DNA of 64,000 nucleotides from Candidatus Limiplasma sp. GTDB lineage: Bacteria; Bacillota; Clostridia; Christensenellales; Aristaeellaceae. The notes under the pieces were generated by a model. The model did not search any database and was not told the origin of the DNA. It saw only the letters and a list, made by a program, of their open reading frames with translations. The position numbers and the translations under genes are program-made. Each line of letters starts with the position of its first letter. The stretch's first letter is position 1. Location of the stretch: assembly GCA_035399245.1 (NCBI GenBank), contig DAOPIR010000001.1, positions 1,116-65,115 on the forward strand. The letters run 5' to 3'. Positions 1 through 9,689 of the stretch are shown here, piece after piece.

Positions 1-260
1 CGCGCGTCCACCCGCAGCTCACAGCCGAAAAACGACTGCGTGCCCAGGATATATTGCAGGGGCTTGCGTGTCAGGCGGATAGACAGCAGCTCGCGGTAGC
101 GGCGCTCCTGTTCGTCCGTCAGCGCCTGTACGGCATTGAGGGCTAAGGTCATCCGCCGCATGTTCAGCACGTCGCACAGCAGCAGCTCGGCGTCAATGCG
201 CGGATCGGGCACCGCCCAAAGCACATCGGCGCCATATTGCAGCGCTTCCCGTATGGTCAT
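1..260 (-). CDS. prmC: Release factor N5-glutamine methyltransferase, N-terminal part (gene runs off the left edge)
   Basis: Own minus-strand translation from ATG 260-258: MTIREALQYGADVLW...LTRKPLQYILGTQSFFGCELRVDA, the typical PrmC/HemK N-terminal domain with the LQYILG motif. ATGA overlap with the stop of the upstream DUF1385 gene. Confidence 0.8.
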   Translation of the reverse strand, partial: MTIREALQYGADVLWAVPDPRIDAELLLCDVLNMRRMTLALNAVQALTDEQERRYRELLSIRLTRKPLQYILGTQSFFGCELRVDA

Positions 261-1363
261 ATAGCTTCCTGCACACCCGCGGGCTCTTCCGCATCAGCCG
301 TTTCCGGCGCCGTTTCGGGCTCCTGCACTATTTCGGGCTCCGCGGCCGTTTCGGGCACATAGTCCGGATCGCTTTCCCGATAGCTTTTGAGGATCGCCCA
401 GCCCTCGGGCGTATGCTCGGCGTGCTTGGGCATACCGTGCAGCGCCACGTTCATCGATACGATGGCAACCTCCAGCATGCCGTCGTCGGGCTGCTTGGTG
501 GTCAGCCGCTGCAGCTGCAGCCCCGGCCAGCGCAGCGCACGGGCAATCCAGCTTTCGGAGTGCGCCAGCACCTTAAGCACCTCGTAGCTCACGCCGGCCA
601 CAATCGGCAGCAGCGCCAGCCGGCTTAACAGGCGGTAAACGTAAACATTGCCCTGATACCCGATCACCGTAAACAGGATGATAGAGATCACAAACACCAG
701 CAAAAGAAAGCTGGTGCCGCAGCGGGGATGCAGCGTGGAGTACACCCGCGCGTTTTCAGGCGTAAGCTGTTTTTTGTGCTCGTGGCAGTACACGGTTTTA
801 TGCTCCGAGCCGTGATACTGGAAGGTACGGCGCACATCCGGCACCAGCATGCAAAACAGGATGTATCCGATCAGGATCATGATGCGCAGGATGCCCGACA
901 GCAGGTTGACCAGCCAGTTTAGGTTGCCGTCGGCCCACACGGCTTTCAGCCAACGGGCAAACGCCTCCGGAATGGCGAAAAACAGCACCACCGACAGTAC
1001 CGTTGCCAGCACGATTGCCGTGCCCATCACGATTTTATCAATACCCTTGCCCAGCTTTTTGGAAAGCCAGATTTCAAACTTGGAGGGTTCCTCGTCCAGT
1101 ACGCCGAGCATATTGGTGCTCTTTTGCAGGGTGCCCATGCCCATAGCGAGCATGGAGCCCATGTTGATAATGCCGCGCACGAACGGCCAGCCCATCCACT
1201 TATGCTTTTTAGCGGGCGCAACGTACTCCTGCCGGTCGACGACGATCGACTTGTCCGGCCGGCGCACGGCTACGGCGATCGCGTCGGGCGATTTCATCAT
1301 CACGCCCTCCAGCACGGCCTGCCCGCCGATGTCCACAAACTTACACTGCTGCTTGTCCTTCAT
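257..1363 (-). CDS. DUF1385 domain membrane protein (commonly linked to prmC/prfA)
   Basis: 368-aa ORF. N-terminus FVDIGGQAVLEGVMMKSP and the motif HGSEHK...LHPRCGTSF are characteristic of DUF1385. RBS AAGGAA lies upstream of ATG 1363. Confidence 0.85.
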   Translation of the reverse strand: MKDKQQCKFVDIGGQAVLEGVMMKSPDAIAVAVRRPDKSIVVDRQEYVAPAKKHKWMGWPFVRGIINMGSMLAMGMGTLQKSTNMLGVLDEEPSKFEIWLSKKLGKGIDKIVMGTAIVLATVLSVVLFFAIPEAFARWLKAVWADGNLNWLVNLLSGILRIMILIGYILFCMLVPDVRRTFQYHGSEHKTVYCHEHKKQLTPENARVYSTLHPRCGTSFLLLVFVISIILFTVIGYQGNVYVYRLLSRLALLPIVAGVSYEVLKVLAHSESWIARALRWPGLQLQRLTTKQPDDGMLEVAIVSMNVALHGMPKHAEHTPEGWAILKSYRESDPDYVPETAAEPEIVQEPETAPETADAEEPAGVQEAI

Positions 1364-1495
1364 TGGTTTGTTCCTTTCGGTTGTTCCTGTATCTCTGTAT
1401 CATCGGTGTTGGTACAATACCATGTTTTCTCAGGTAAATGATGATAAAAGCGCTTGTGCGATGCTGTGTCATATTTCCGCCGGCGTTTGACTGCA

Positions 1496-2443
1496 TTAAA
1501 ATTCCATCTTCAGGCTGCGGTCAAATAAGCTGTCCAGCGCCCGTTGGATATCCGCGCCCTCGTACAGTACGCGGTACACCGCATGGCTGATGGGCAGCTC
1601 CACGCCCGTTTGCTCACCCAGCGAAAGCAGCGCTTTAACGGTATATGCGCCCTCGGCCAGCTCGCTGTACGCTTCGCCCGTCACCAGACATTCGCCAAAG
1701 CGGCGGTTATGGCTGTAGGGCGAAAACACGGTCGCTTCGTAATCGCCCAGATGGCACAGGCCGTAGGCGCTGCGCTCGTCGCCGCCCAGGGCTTGAATCA
1801 GGCGCGCTACCTCGCGGGTACCGCGGCTCATCAGCGCACCCTTGAGGGTGGGCAGCTTGAGCCCGTCCAAAATGCCGGCGGCGATACCCACGACATTCTT
1901 GGCTGCCGCGCCGATCTCAGATCCCAGCAGGTCGCGCCCGTAATAAAAACGGATCAGCTCACCGGAGAGTGCCTCCACCAGCATGGCCTTGAGCGCTTCG
2001 TCGGCGCTGTCGATCACCATGCAGTTGGGCACGCCGCGCACAAACGCCTGCACATGCCCGGGCCCCAGCCATACGGCGACGGGCTGCTCCGCGCCCAGCT
2101 CCTCGGCGGCAACCTGCGACAATCGCTTGCCGCTGCCGATCTCCAGGCCTTTCATACACAGCACCAGCGGGATGCCGCGCAGGGTTTGGGCATGCAGCCG
2201 CAGCACCTCGCGCAGCGACTGCGACGCTACGGAAATCAGGCAGATGTCCATTTCGCGGTCCGGCGCCGTGATCAGCGCCACGCAATCCGGCAGCGTAACC
2301 AGCCCGTTGGTGCGGGTGCCGGCAAGCGCCTGAAACCGGGGAGAGCCTTCGCGCCCGAGCAGGCGCACCGCATGCCCCAGCCAGTCGGTATACCACGCCA
2401 GAAACGTGCCCCAGCGACCGCTGCCGATCACCGTGATGCGCAT
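1496..2443 (-). CDS. gpsA: NAD(P)H-dependent glycerol-3-phosphate dehydrogenase-like
   Basis: MRITVIGSGRWGT Rossmann N-terminus and GpsA-like body (LKGALMSRG, NRRFGE). GGAGGA sits 6 nt before ATG 2443, so I prefer it to the track start at 2449. Confidence 0.8.
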   Translation of the reverse strand: MRITVIGSGRWGTFLAWYTDWLGHAVRLLGREGSPRFQALAGTRTNGLVTLPDCVALITAPDREMDICLISVASQSLREVLRLHAQTLRGIPLVLCMKGLEIGSGKRLSQVAAEELGAEQPVAVWLGPGHVQAFVRGVPNCMVIDSADEALKAMLVEALSGELIRFYYGRDLLGSEIGAAAKNVVGIAAGILDGLKLPTLKGALMSRGTREVARLIQALGGDERSAYGLCHLGDYEATVFSPYSHNRRFGECLVTGEAYSELAEGAYTVKALLSLGEQTGVELPISHAVYRVLYEGADIQRALDSLFDRSLKMEF

Positions 2444-2577
2444 GAGCATTCCTCCCCTTGGCTATCATACCACGGAAAGGATTATTTCGAAACAGCAAGC
2501 CGTGATCTTTTCGGTTGTTTCGATACCACAAGTATAGAATACGCTCCCGCAGGCAGTTGCCGTACGGGAGCAAAGGG

Positions 2578-4068
2578 TCAAAGAATAAACGGCGCCAGCG
2601 GCAGGCCGCCGCTGCCAAACACCTTAACGATGCCGTAGTTTACCCACGCATAGCGCGCGGCGGCGGGCCGGTCTATGCCGTCGGCGGTCAGGATCAGGGC
2701 CGCTCCGTCGATCTGCGCCCTGGCGGGCATAAAGCTGCCGTCCGCGCCCGCCAGCTCAAACAGCGGGGCTTCGCCGTCGCATGTCACCGGCTGGGTAAGG
2801 GTAACGATCATGCGGCTGCCGTCGCGGCGCGCGGCCAGGGCGTACGGGCCGTCGGCCTGCACCTCCCTGCCGTACACCACCCGCAGCGCCTGCAGGTACA
2901 GCCGGTCGCCGACGGTCTTTTTGTCCTTGGGATGCACGTTGTCAAACTCGCCGCCGTCAATAAGCACCGCAAGGCCCGTGCCCCGCATATCGCGGTACAC
3001 CTGTGCCTGCGCCTGCCGCACGGGCGGCCAGCTTTTGTTGTCCTCCTCGCCCTTGCCGATGTACATGGGCAGCTGCACGAACAAAAACGGCAGCAGCGGA
3101 TCGCGGAATAAGTCGCGCCAAAACGAGATCAGCGACATCATCAGCGACCGGTAATAGGGCGGGTGCTTGGTGTCTTCCTCGCCCTGATAGTACAGGATGC
3201 CCGTAATGGTATAGGGCGCGACGCGCTTGACCATGGTTTCGATCAGCCCCGCCGGGCGGAACGCGCTCTTGCGGCCCTCCGGCTGCGGCCACGGGCACTG
3301 CCCCGCCTTAACGTTGATTTCCTCCCACGGGATATCGGGATCGGCCTGCTGCAGCGCGCGCACCCGCTTCCACCACGCCTGATACGCATCGTCATATTCC
3401 TTCATCTCGGCGTCATACTGCGCGTCGGACTTATCGGCGTTGCGCTGCTGATATTCCTTAAGCAGCTTCGCGCCCGCCGTAGTTTGGCCAAGTGCGGCTT
3501 CGTCCAGCCAGCAGGTGACGGACGTGCCGCCCCAATAGCAGTCGATGATCCCGATCGCGACGCCCAGCTCCGGCTGCAAATCCAGCGCGAAGTGGCAGGC
3601 GATAGCGCTGATATCGGCACAGGCGTCGGGCACAAGCGGCTTCCAGCGCATCTGCCGCTCCTGCGTAAGCGCCGCGTCGTCCAGCCACGCGTTGTGCGGA
3701 AAATTGATGTAGCGGATCATGGGATTATCAAGCGTTTTGATCAGCTCCGGCCCGCCCTCGGCCTGCTCCAGCGGCCACTCCATGTTGCTCTGGCCGCCGG
3801 CAAAGTACACGTCGCCGATCATCACGTCCGCGAATGTAAGCGTCGTCTCGCCGTCCGTAACCGTGAGCGTATACGGTCCGCCGGCATCCATCGGCGCAAA
3901 GGCGGCCTCAAACGTACCGCCTTTGGCCTCGGTTTCCGCCTGCCGGCCGCCAAGCGTCAGCACAATCCGCGCGCCGTCCGCCGCTTCGCCGAAGATGCGG
4001 ATATTTTTGCCGCGGCTCAGCACCATATGGTCGGTGAACACCGCCGCGGGCTGCAATTTCTGTTTCAT
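2578..4068 (-). CDS. SASA/sialate O-acetylesterase-like carbohydrate esterase (probable acetyl-mannan or oligosaccharide deacetylase)
   Basis: 496-aa ORF with the GDVYFAGGQSNMEWP catalytic-Ser motif of the SASA (PF03629-type) esterase family. Follows the GH130 gene after 12 nt, with RBS AGAGGGA. Confidence 0.75.
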   Translation of the reverse strand: MKQKLQPAAVFTDHMVLSRGKNIRIFGEAADGARIVLTLGGRQAETEAKGGTFEAAFAPMDAGGPYTLTVTDGETTLTFADVMIGDVYFAGGQSNMEWPLEQAEGGPELIKTLDNPMIRYINFPHNAWLDDAALTQERQMRWKPLVPDACADISAIACHFALDLQPELGVAIGIIDCYWGGTSVTCWLDEAALGQTTAGAKLLKEYQQRNADKSDAQYDAEMKEYDDAYQAWWKRVRALQQADPDIPWEEINVKAGQCPWPQPEGRKSAFRPAGLIETMVKRVAPYTITGILYYQGEEDTKHPPYYRSLMMSLISFWRDLFRDPLLPFLFVQLPMYIGKGEEDNKSWPPVRQAQAQVYRDMRGTGLAVLIDGGEFDNVHPKDKKTVGDRLYLQALRVVYGREVQADGPYALAARRDGSRMIVTLTQPVTCDGEAPLFELAGADGSFMPARAQIDGAALILTADGIDRPAAARYAWVNYGIVKVFGSGGLPLAPFIL

Positions 4069-4080
4069 AGCAATCCCTCT

Positions 4081-5109
4081 TTATCGAATACCGATTTCAG
4101 TGTCCGTATCGGTCAGCCGGCTGTGCTGCTTGATGTAGCTGACAATCTGATCCGCCTGCGTAAACGCGAGGGCGACATAGCTGTCCGCCGCGCCGTAGTA
4201 GATGGCAATCCGGCCGGTATCCTTATCCTGCAGGGTAGCGCAGGGGAAGCAGACATTGGGCACAAAGCCGCGCTCCTCGTAATCCTCCTCAGGCGTGAGC
4301 AGGAAGTTGCGGCAGCGGTACTTAACGATGCTCGGCTCGTCGATATCCAAAATCGCGCCGCCGATGGAGTACACATAGCCCGAGCACGTGCCGATAACGC
4401 CGTGGTAAAACAGCAGCCATCCCTCGCTGGTCTCGATAGGCGCGGCGCCGCCGCCGACCTTCAGGCTTTCCCACCAGGCCTGCCCGCGGCCCATCACATG
4501 GCGGTGGCGGCCCCAGTAGACCATGTCCTCGCTCTCGGTGACAAAGATATCGCCAAACGGGGTATGCCCGCTGTCCGACGGACGGGACAGCAGCTTGAAC
4601 TTGCCGCCGATCTTGCGGGGAAAGAGCACCGCGTTGCGGTTGAACGGCAGGAAGGGATTTTCGATGCGGGTAAAGGTTTTGAAGTCCTTCGTTTTCGCCA
4701 TGCCGATGGCCGCGCCATAGAAATCCGTACACCACATGATGTAATAGGTGTCCTCCACCTTTACCAGGCGCGGATCATACGCCGACAGCGGCATAAAGGG
4801 CTTTCCGGTTTCATCGGTAAAGGGCACCTTGTTGGGGTCCACGGTCCAATGGATGCCGTCGTCGCTGGTGCCCAGGTACACCTGCGGCACGCCGTCCACC
4901 TGCTCGCCGCGCAGCACGGCCACATAGCCATTTTCGTACTGCATCACGGCGGAGTTGAAGATGCGCGCCACGCCGGGCGCGGGATTGCGGCCGATGATGG
5001 GGTTGCCGGTGTAACGCCAGATCGGCGCATCGTGCCGGTCGTCCGCGGGACGGTCCTGCCAGGGCATGTTGGGAAGGCTCTGCGCGCCGAGTATCTGTAC
5101 TTGGTTCAT
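4081..5109 (-). CDS. Glycoside hydrolase family 130 beta-mannoside phosphorylase
   Basis: MNQVQILGAQSLPNMPWQDRP...WRYTGNPIIGRNP and the later TSDDGIHW and FYHGV motifs are typical GH130. The AGGAA RBS favours ATG 5109 over the track start at 5124. Confidence 0.85.
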   Translation of the reverse strand: MNQVQILGAQSLPNMPWQDRPADDRHDAPIWRYTGNPIIGRNPAPGVARIFNSAVMQYENGYVAVLRGEQVDGVPQVYLGTSDDGIHWTVDPNKVPFTDETGKPFMPLSAYDPRLVKVEDTYYIMWCTDFYGAAIGMAKTKDFKTFTRIENPFLPFNRNAVLFPRKIGGKFKLLSRPSDSGHTPFGDIFVTESEDMVYWGRHRHVMGRGQAWWESLKVGGGAAPIETSEGWLLFYHGVIGTCSGYVYSIGGAILDIDEPSIVKYRCRNFLLTPEEDYEERGFVPNVCFPCATLQDKDTGRIAIYYGAADSYVALAFTQADQIVSYIKQHSRLTDTDTEIGIR

Positions 5110-5140
5110 GATTTTATTCCTCATTTCTGTTGGTTTTTTA

Positions 5141-6163
5141 TCATACGAATTGCCGTACGCTTTGCCGGTATATCACACGCCCGCCGGTTACCACGCGGCC
5201 TTTGCTGTCCTGCGCGCCGTTAATTTTGCCGGAGATCATGCGCGCGGTTTCGATGGCAAGGCTGTCCTGATCGACGGCAAAGGTGGTCAGCGTGGGGCTT
5301 AAGGACGCGCTGTGCGTGAAATCGTCAAAGCCGACGAGTGACACATCCCGCGGCACACGGTACCCAAGATCCTCCAACCGTTTTTGAAACAGCATCGCCA
5401 TCTGGTCGCAGTTGCACACAAAGGCGGTCGGCAGCGGATCAGGCAAGGGGAACGCCTGATACACGCCTTGCCCGTCGCGGTCGGGCACAATCCACGCGGG
5501 GTCGATGGGCAGGTCGTTTTGGAGCATGGTTTTGTAGTAGCCCAGATAGCGGTCCATGATGGAGCTCGTGGCGCGGATGGAACCAAGAAAGCCGATGCGC
5601 CGGTGCCCCTTGCGGATGAGATGGCTGGTCAGGCGATAGCTGCCGTACAGGCCGTCGCTCACCACGGCGTCGGCGCCGGATTGCTCGTCGTAAAAGTCCA
5701 TGCACACATAGGGCACGCCGATGCCCGCCGAGGCCAGTATCTGCATGTACGCGCCGCTCACCTGCCCCAGCACCACAAGCCCGCTGATGCGGTTGCCAAA
5801 CAGGATAGCGGGCAGGCGGCAGTCCGCTTCCTCCTCCCGGGAAAGGATGGACAGCACGCCGTAGCAGTTGAAGCGTGTCAGGTGCTGCACCAGCTTGCTG
5901 CAAAGCGACGCGTAAAAGCTGTTGCCCTGCCCGAAAAAATGCGCGGGCACGAGGATGGCAACGTCCTTGCAGGTACGGGAATTAAGCTCGTAACGGTAGC
6001 CCAGCTCGCGTGCCAGCGCTTCAATTTTGGCGCGCATGGCATCGCTTACGCCGGGCTTGCCGCCAAGCGCCTTGCTCACGGTCACGGCGCTCACGCCCAG
6101 CCGGCTGCCGATCTCCCGCATGCTGACGCCCTTTTTGTCGTTATTGATCTCGCGGTCGGTCAT
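5141..6163 (-). CDS. LacI family transcriptional regulator
   Basis: N-terminal HTH (MREIGSRLGVSAVTVSKALGGKPGVS) plus a periplasmic-binding-protein-like sugar-binding body. ATG 6163 forms an ATGA overlap with the epimerase stop. Confidence 0.85.
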   Translation of the reverse strand: MTDREINNDKKGVSMREIGSRLGVSAVTVSKALGGKPGVSDAMRAKIEALARELGYRYELNSRTCKDVAILVPAHFFGQGNSFYASLCSKLVQHLTRFNCYGVLSILSREEEADCRLPAILFGNRISGLVVLGQVSGAYMQILASAGIGVPYVCMDFYDEQSGADAVVSDGLYGSYRLTSHLIRKGHRRIGFLGSIRATSSIMDRYLGYYKTMLQNDLPIDPAWIVPDRDGQGVYQAFPLPDPLPTAFVCNCDQMAMLFQKRLEDLGYRVPRDVSLVGFDDFTHSASLSPTLTTFAVDQDSLAIETARMISGKINGAQDSKGRVVTGGRVIYRQSVRQFV

Positions 6164-7335
6164 AGGCGCTTCATCATCTCCATGCACATGCGCCCGTTAT
6201 GGTAGGGTGCCTTCCACGGATCGGCGATCGGCAGCGGCTTTGCGCTGCCCTGCGCGTCTACCGCCGCAAACCATTCGCCGCCGGGCCGCGGATCCACAAT
6301 ATGCGTTTGTATATAGCGCCACAGCGTGCGCATGCGCTCCGGCAGCATAGGATTTTTCGTTTTTTGATAGAGGTTGGCCATGCCGATCATGGTTTCCGCC
6401 TGCACCCACCAGATGCGCGTGGTATCCAGCGTATCCTCCACACGCTCGTTGCAAAGGCTGCCGCCTGTAAGCGCGCGCGTGAGCACGCCCTGCGCCAGGC
6501 GCGTGGTAAGCCGCTTGATCTGCGTGCGGTCCTCGCCGGTCAGCACGGCGTCCGCCGCGCGGTCGATCAGCCACGAAGCCTCGATATCATGGCCGTAGCT
6601 TTGCATATCGATCAGGGAGTGCATACCACTGTCGAAAAACACATCCAGACGGTTTTCTGCGGCGTTGTACACCTTGTCCCGTATCAGTGCCAGCAGATCG
6701 CGCAGGCGCTCGCCCACACGCGCGTCGCAGCAGGCCTCGTACACAAGCGTATAAGCCTCCAGCACGTGCAGCACGGTGTTCATCGTTTTTTCCGCGATCA
6801 CGCCGCGTGCCGTGAGGATGGGGTTGTCGCTGAGCTTATCGTTTTGCAGGGGATGGAACGCGCGGTCAAACGCGTCCAGATACTGCCCGTCCTTCGTCAT
6901 GCGGGTTTCCATCAGCTCCACCAGCGCAAGCGCCCTGTGCAGGGCCTGCATGTCGCCGCTCGCCTGATAATACGCGGCCAGCGCATACACGGCAAAGGCG
7001 TGGTTGTAGGTGTGCTTGGTTTCGTCCAGCGGTGTACCGTCGGCCGCGCACAGCCAAAAAAGCCCGCCCTGCTCCGCGTCTACAAAACGGTCAAAGTACC
7101 GGTAGGCCTGCTGCGCATAATACAGCAGGTCGGGGCGCTTGAGCACGGTACAGGCCGTGGAGAAAAACCACAATATTCGGCTGTTCATGATGCAGCCCTT
7201 GGGCGCGTCGGGATCGGTTTGAAGGTCATAGCCCACATAACCGGTGTATCCGCCGTGGACAGTATCCGTAAGCCCGGTCCAAAACGGCAAAATGGTATCC
7301 GTTAAATGCCGCGCCATTGCCTGTTGCAAGTCCAT
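6160..7335 (-). CDS. N-acylglucosamine 2-epimerase (AGE) superfamily, probable cellobiose/mannobiose 2-epimerase
   Basis: 391-aa ORF with an AGE-type (alpha/alpha)6 signature (ILPFW, GGLFW, HTYNHAFAVYALA, WKAPYHNGR). First gene of a string with LacI, GH130 and the esterase. Confidence 0.75.
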   Translation of the reverse strand: MDLQQAMARHLTDTILPFWTGLTDTVHGGYTGYVGYDLQTDPDAPKGCIMNSRILWFFSTACTVLKRPDLLYYAQQAYRYFDRFVDAEQGGLFWLCAADGTPLDETKHTYNHAFAVYALAAYYQASGDMQALHRALALVELMETRMTKDGQYLDAFDRAFHPLQNDKLSDNPILTARGVIAEKTMNTVLHVLEAYTLVYEACCDARVGERLRDLLALIRDKVYNAAENRLDVFFDSGMHSLIDMQSYGHDIEASWLIDRAADAVLTGEDRTQIKRLTTRLAQGVLTRALTGGSLCNERVEDTLDTTRIWWVQAETMIGMANLYQKTKNPMLPERMRTLWRYIQTHIVDPRPGGEWFAAVDAQGSAKPLPIADPWKAPYHNGRMCMEMMKRL

Positions 7336-7353
7336 ATCCGTCGCCCCGCCATC

Positions 7354-7368
7354 TTGTTAAGTTAACAA
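7354..7368. promoter_or_regulatory. 15-bp palindrome TTGTTAA-G-TTAACAA, candidate LacI-type operator
   Basis: Perfect 7-1-7 inverted repeat, read directly. It lies between the predicted promoter (7382-7409) and the epimerase start codon, a roadblock position. Confidence 0.4.
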
Positions 7369-7381
7369 CTGTTATGTGTTA

Positions 7382-7409
7382 ATTCTACACGTAAACAAGC
7401 GGTTGTCAA
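7382..7409 (-). promoter_or_regulatory. Sigma70-type promoter of the epimerase-LacI-GH130-esterase string
   Basis: Minus strand reads TTGACA (7409-7404), a 16-nt spacer, then TAGAAT (7387-7382). Confidence 0.5.
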
Positions 7410-7439
7410 TGGGCGTGCGATACTTTTTTCTATGGAAAT

Positions 7440-7895
7440 CTACTGCGCCGTCAGCTGCTCCAGCCACGCTTCGCAGCCGGCGAAAATCTCGCGGTAGGCG
7501 GTATCAAACCGGCGGGTAAACCACGGATCGGCAATATCGCCGCCGCGCCTGGTGGGCTCCAGCAGGCGGTGCACCTTGCCGGCGGGGTCGCCGTCCGTGC
7601 GGTGCAGCACGGTTTTATAGTTCAGGGTATCCATCACCAGCAGCAGATCGTAGGCCTCGTAATCCTGCGGCTGCAGCTGCGCGGCCGCCTTGCCCGCACA
7701 GCCGATGCCGTGCCTGGCCAGCTCGTCCCGGGCGGGCGGATATACGGGATTGCCGATCTCCTCGGCGCTTGTGGCGCACGAGGCAATGGAAAACGCGTGC
7801 TCCAGCCCGCGCTTTTTCACCAGGTCCTTCATGATAAACTCCGCCATGGGGCTCCTGCAGATATTGCCAAAACAGATAAAGAGGATGCGGTGCAT
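7440..7895 (-). CDS. Low-molecular-weight protein tyrosine phosphatase
   Basis: ILFICFGNICRSPMAE contains the CX5R(S) P-loop, and a DP motif lies near the C-terminus. AGGAG sits 8 nt before ATG 7895; the track start at 7904 is a GTG. Confidence 0.85.
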   Translation of the reverse strand: MHRILFICFGNICRSPMAEFIMKDLVKKRGLEHAFSIASCATSAEEIGNPVYPPARDELARHGIGCAGKAAAQLQPQDYEAYDLLLVMDTLNYKTVLHRTDGDPAGKVHRLLEPTRRGGDIADPWFTRRFDTAYREIFAGCEAWLEQLTAQ

Positions 7896-8103
7896 CGGGT
7901 TCACTCCTCAAATTGCGCATTCCCGAAGATTGTAGCGTATCCGGCGCGCAACCGCAAGCCGATGAGAGAACGGTTAAATGTACATTAGAATACACCGCGA
8001 TCGCTGGACAGGCCGCGGACGCGCCCCTATAATGAAACCGCAAACCGATCCGATAACGCACATCTTACAGATTATTTACGGATATAACGCAAGGAGGCAG
8101 ATT

Positions 8104-8355
8104 ATGGGTATTCTTACATGGATCATTCTGGGCGGGCTCGCAGGCTGGGTTGCCAGCATGATTATGGGCCGCGATAAAAACATGGGCCTGCTGGCCAACA
8201 TCTTCGTCGGCATCGTCGGCGCGTTTCTGGGCAAGCTGCTTGCCTCGCTGCTGGGGCTGGGCGCTATTACCGGCTTCAACATTCCCAGCTTCCTGATCGC
8301 GCTGGGCGGCTCGTGCCTGCTGCTGTGGCTGACGGGCATGTACAAAAAAAAGTAA
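8104..8355 (+). CDS. GlsB/YeaQ/YmgE family small stress-response membrane protein
   Basis: MGILTWIILGGLAGWVASMIMGRD is the classic family N-terminus. AAGGAGG lies at 8091-8097; the upstream part of the track ORF is noncoding-like. Confidence 0.85.
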   Translation: MGILTWIILGGLAGWVASMIMGRDKNMGLLANIFVGIVGAFLGKLLASLLGLGAITGFNIPSFLIALGGSCLLLWLTGMYKKK

Positions 8356-8390
8356 GAGCGGAGGATTTTCCGCCGCTCGGTTACACTTTT
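8356..8390 (+). terminator. Possible intrinsic terminator after the GlsB-like gene
   Basis: Hairpin GAGCGG...CCGCTC is followed by a second GC hairpin and T-runs. The T-tract is not directly adjacent, so this is weak. Confidence 0.4.
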
Positions 8391-8412
8391 CGGTCGCGCT
8401 GCGCGGCCGTTT

Positions 8413-9633
8413 TTATTTGGCTGCATGTGCTGCCCGCTCGCCCGCGATGCTTCCGCTTGCAAAGGCGAACATGAGGTTGAAACCGCCGCAGTCGCCGTCC
8501 ACATTCAGGATCTCGCCGGCGGCATACAGACCTGGCACCAGACGGCTTTCCATGGTTTCGGGATCAAATTCTTCGGTTTCGATGCCGCCCGCCGTAACCT
8601 GCGCCGCGTCAAACCCGCGCGTGCCCAGGACAGGCAAACGGATGTCCGCAACGGTATCGGCAAGCCGGCACAGCTGCGCCGCCTGCAGGGCATGGATAGG
8701 CGTTTGCAGATCCTTGATCTCCGCTTCGCGCAAAATCCAGCGTGACACGGGCCGGGCAAACGCGCCGGTCAGCAGATCGACCGCCGGCTGCCCGGGGCGC
8801 ATGGCGGCCAGCGACCGCACAAACGGCAGAACCTCCGTGCCGATGTTCAGCTCATCGCGCAGATCCACCTGCAGCTCCATGCCGCTTCGCACAAAGCGCG
8901 CCAGCTGCATGGACGCGATTCCGCTGACCGCGTCGTCGCCAAACAGCGCTTCTCCGTGCGTGCGGTGCACAGGTCTGCCCTGTGCGTCTGTGAGGGTAAG
9001 CGCCGCGCGCACCCGCTGGCCCGCAAGTCCCTGGATGCGCTTTTTGGGCACCTTCAGCGCGCACAGCGCGGGATACAGCGGCGTGCAGGTATGCCCCAGC
9101 GCCGTAAGCAGTTCGTAAGCCGTGCCGTCGGTGCCGTGCGCGGGCGCGGCCGCGCCGCCGCAGGCGACGATCACCCTGTCGGCAGCCAGCGCAAACGGCT
9201 CCTCCGCCTGCCTGCCGCGCAGGGTAAAGCCGGCGGGTTCCCGTACGATGTGCTCGATGCGCACCGCGCACAGCACCGCAATCCCCAGCTGCGCCGCGCG
9301 CAGCCGCAGCGCTTCCTGCACGGCGGACGCCTGCAGCGCGGCCGGATACACGCGCCCCTCTCCCTCTTGGCGCAGCGGGACGCCCAAATCCGCAAAAAAC
9401 CGCCGCAGCGCAGCTGTATTCACGCGCTCCAGCACCGCTTTAGCAAACGCCGTATCGCCGTAATACGCAGGCTCGCCCACGTTAAAAATATTACCGCGCC
9501 CGTTGCCGGTAACGCCGAGCTTTTTCAGCGGTTTTCCGTTGCGCTCCAGCACCGTTACCCGCGCGCCGCCGCCCGCCGCGGCAATCGCCGCCGCAAAGCC
9601 CGCCGCACCGCCGCCGATGATCGCTATATGCAT
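8413..9633 (-). CDS. HI0933/BaiN-like NAD(P)/FAD-dependent oxidoreductase
   Basis: MHIAIIGGGAAGFAAAI dinucleotide fold, LKKLGVTGNGRGN, and the C-terminal GEILNVDGDCGGFNL motif typical of the HI0933 family. Confidence 0.8.
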   Translation of the reverse strand: MHIAIIGGGAAGFAAAIAAAGGGARVTVLERNGKPLKKLGVTGNGRGNIFNVGEPAYYGDTAFAKAVLERVNTAALRRFFADLGVPLRQEGEGRVYPAALQASAVQEALRLRAAQLGIAVLCAVRIEHIVREPAGFTLRGRQAEEPFALAADRVIVACGGAAAPAHGTDGTAYELLTALGHTCTPLYPALCALKVPKKRIQGLAGQRVRAALTLTDAQGRPVHRTHGEALFGDDAVSGIASMQLARFVRSGMELQVDLRDELNIGTEVLPFVRSLAAMRPGQPAVDLLTGAFARPVSRWILREAEIKDLQTPIHALQAAQLCRLADTVADIRLPVLGTRGFDAAQVTAGGIETEEFDPETMESRLVPGLYAAGEILNVDGDCGGFNLMFAFASGSIAGERAAHAAK

Positions 9634-9689
9634 GCGTTTCGCCTCCCCCGCCTATCATAGCAGATGCGCCCCGCATGCGCAAAACAAGC

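Noticed and set aside
3163-5223. 686-aa plus-strand ORF spanning the esterase and GH130 genes
   Set aside because: It is antisense to two genes with clear family motifs. Its translation is R/A/G/H/L-rich low-complexity sequence typical of the reverse frame of high-GC coding DNA. It has no RBS and no recognisable domain.
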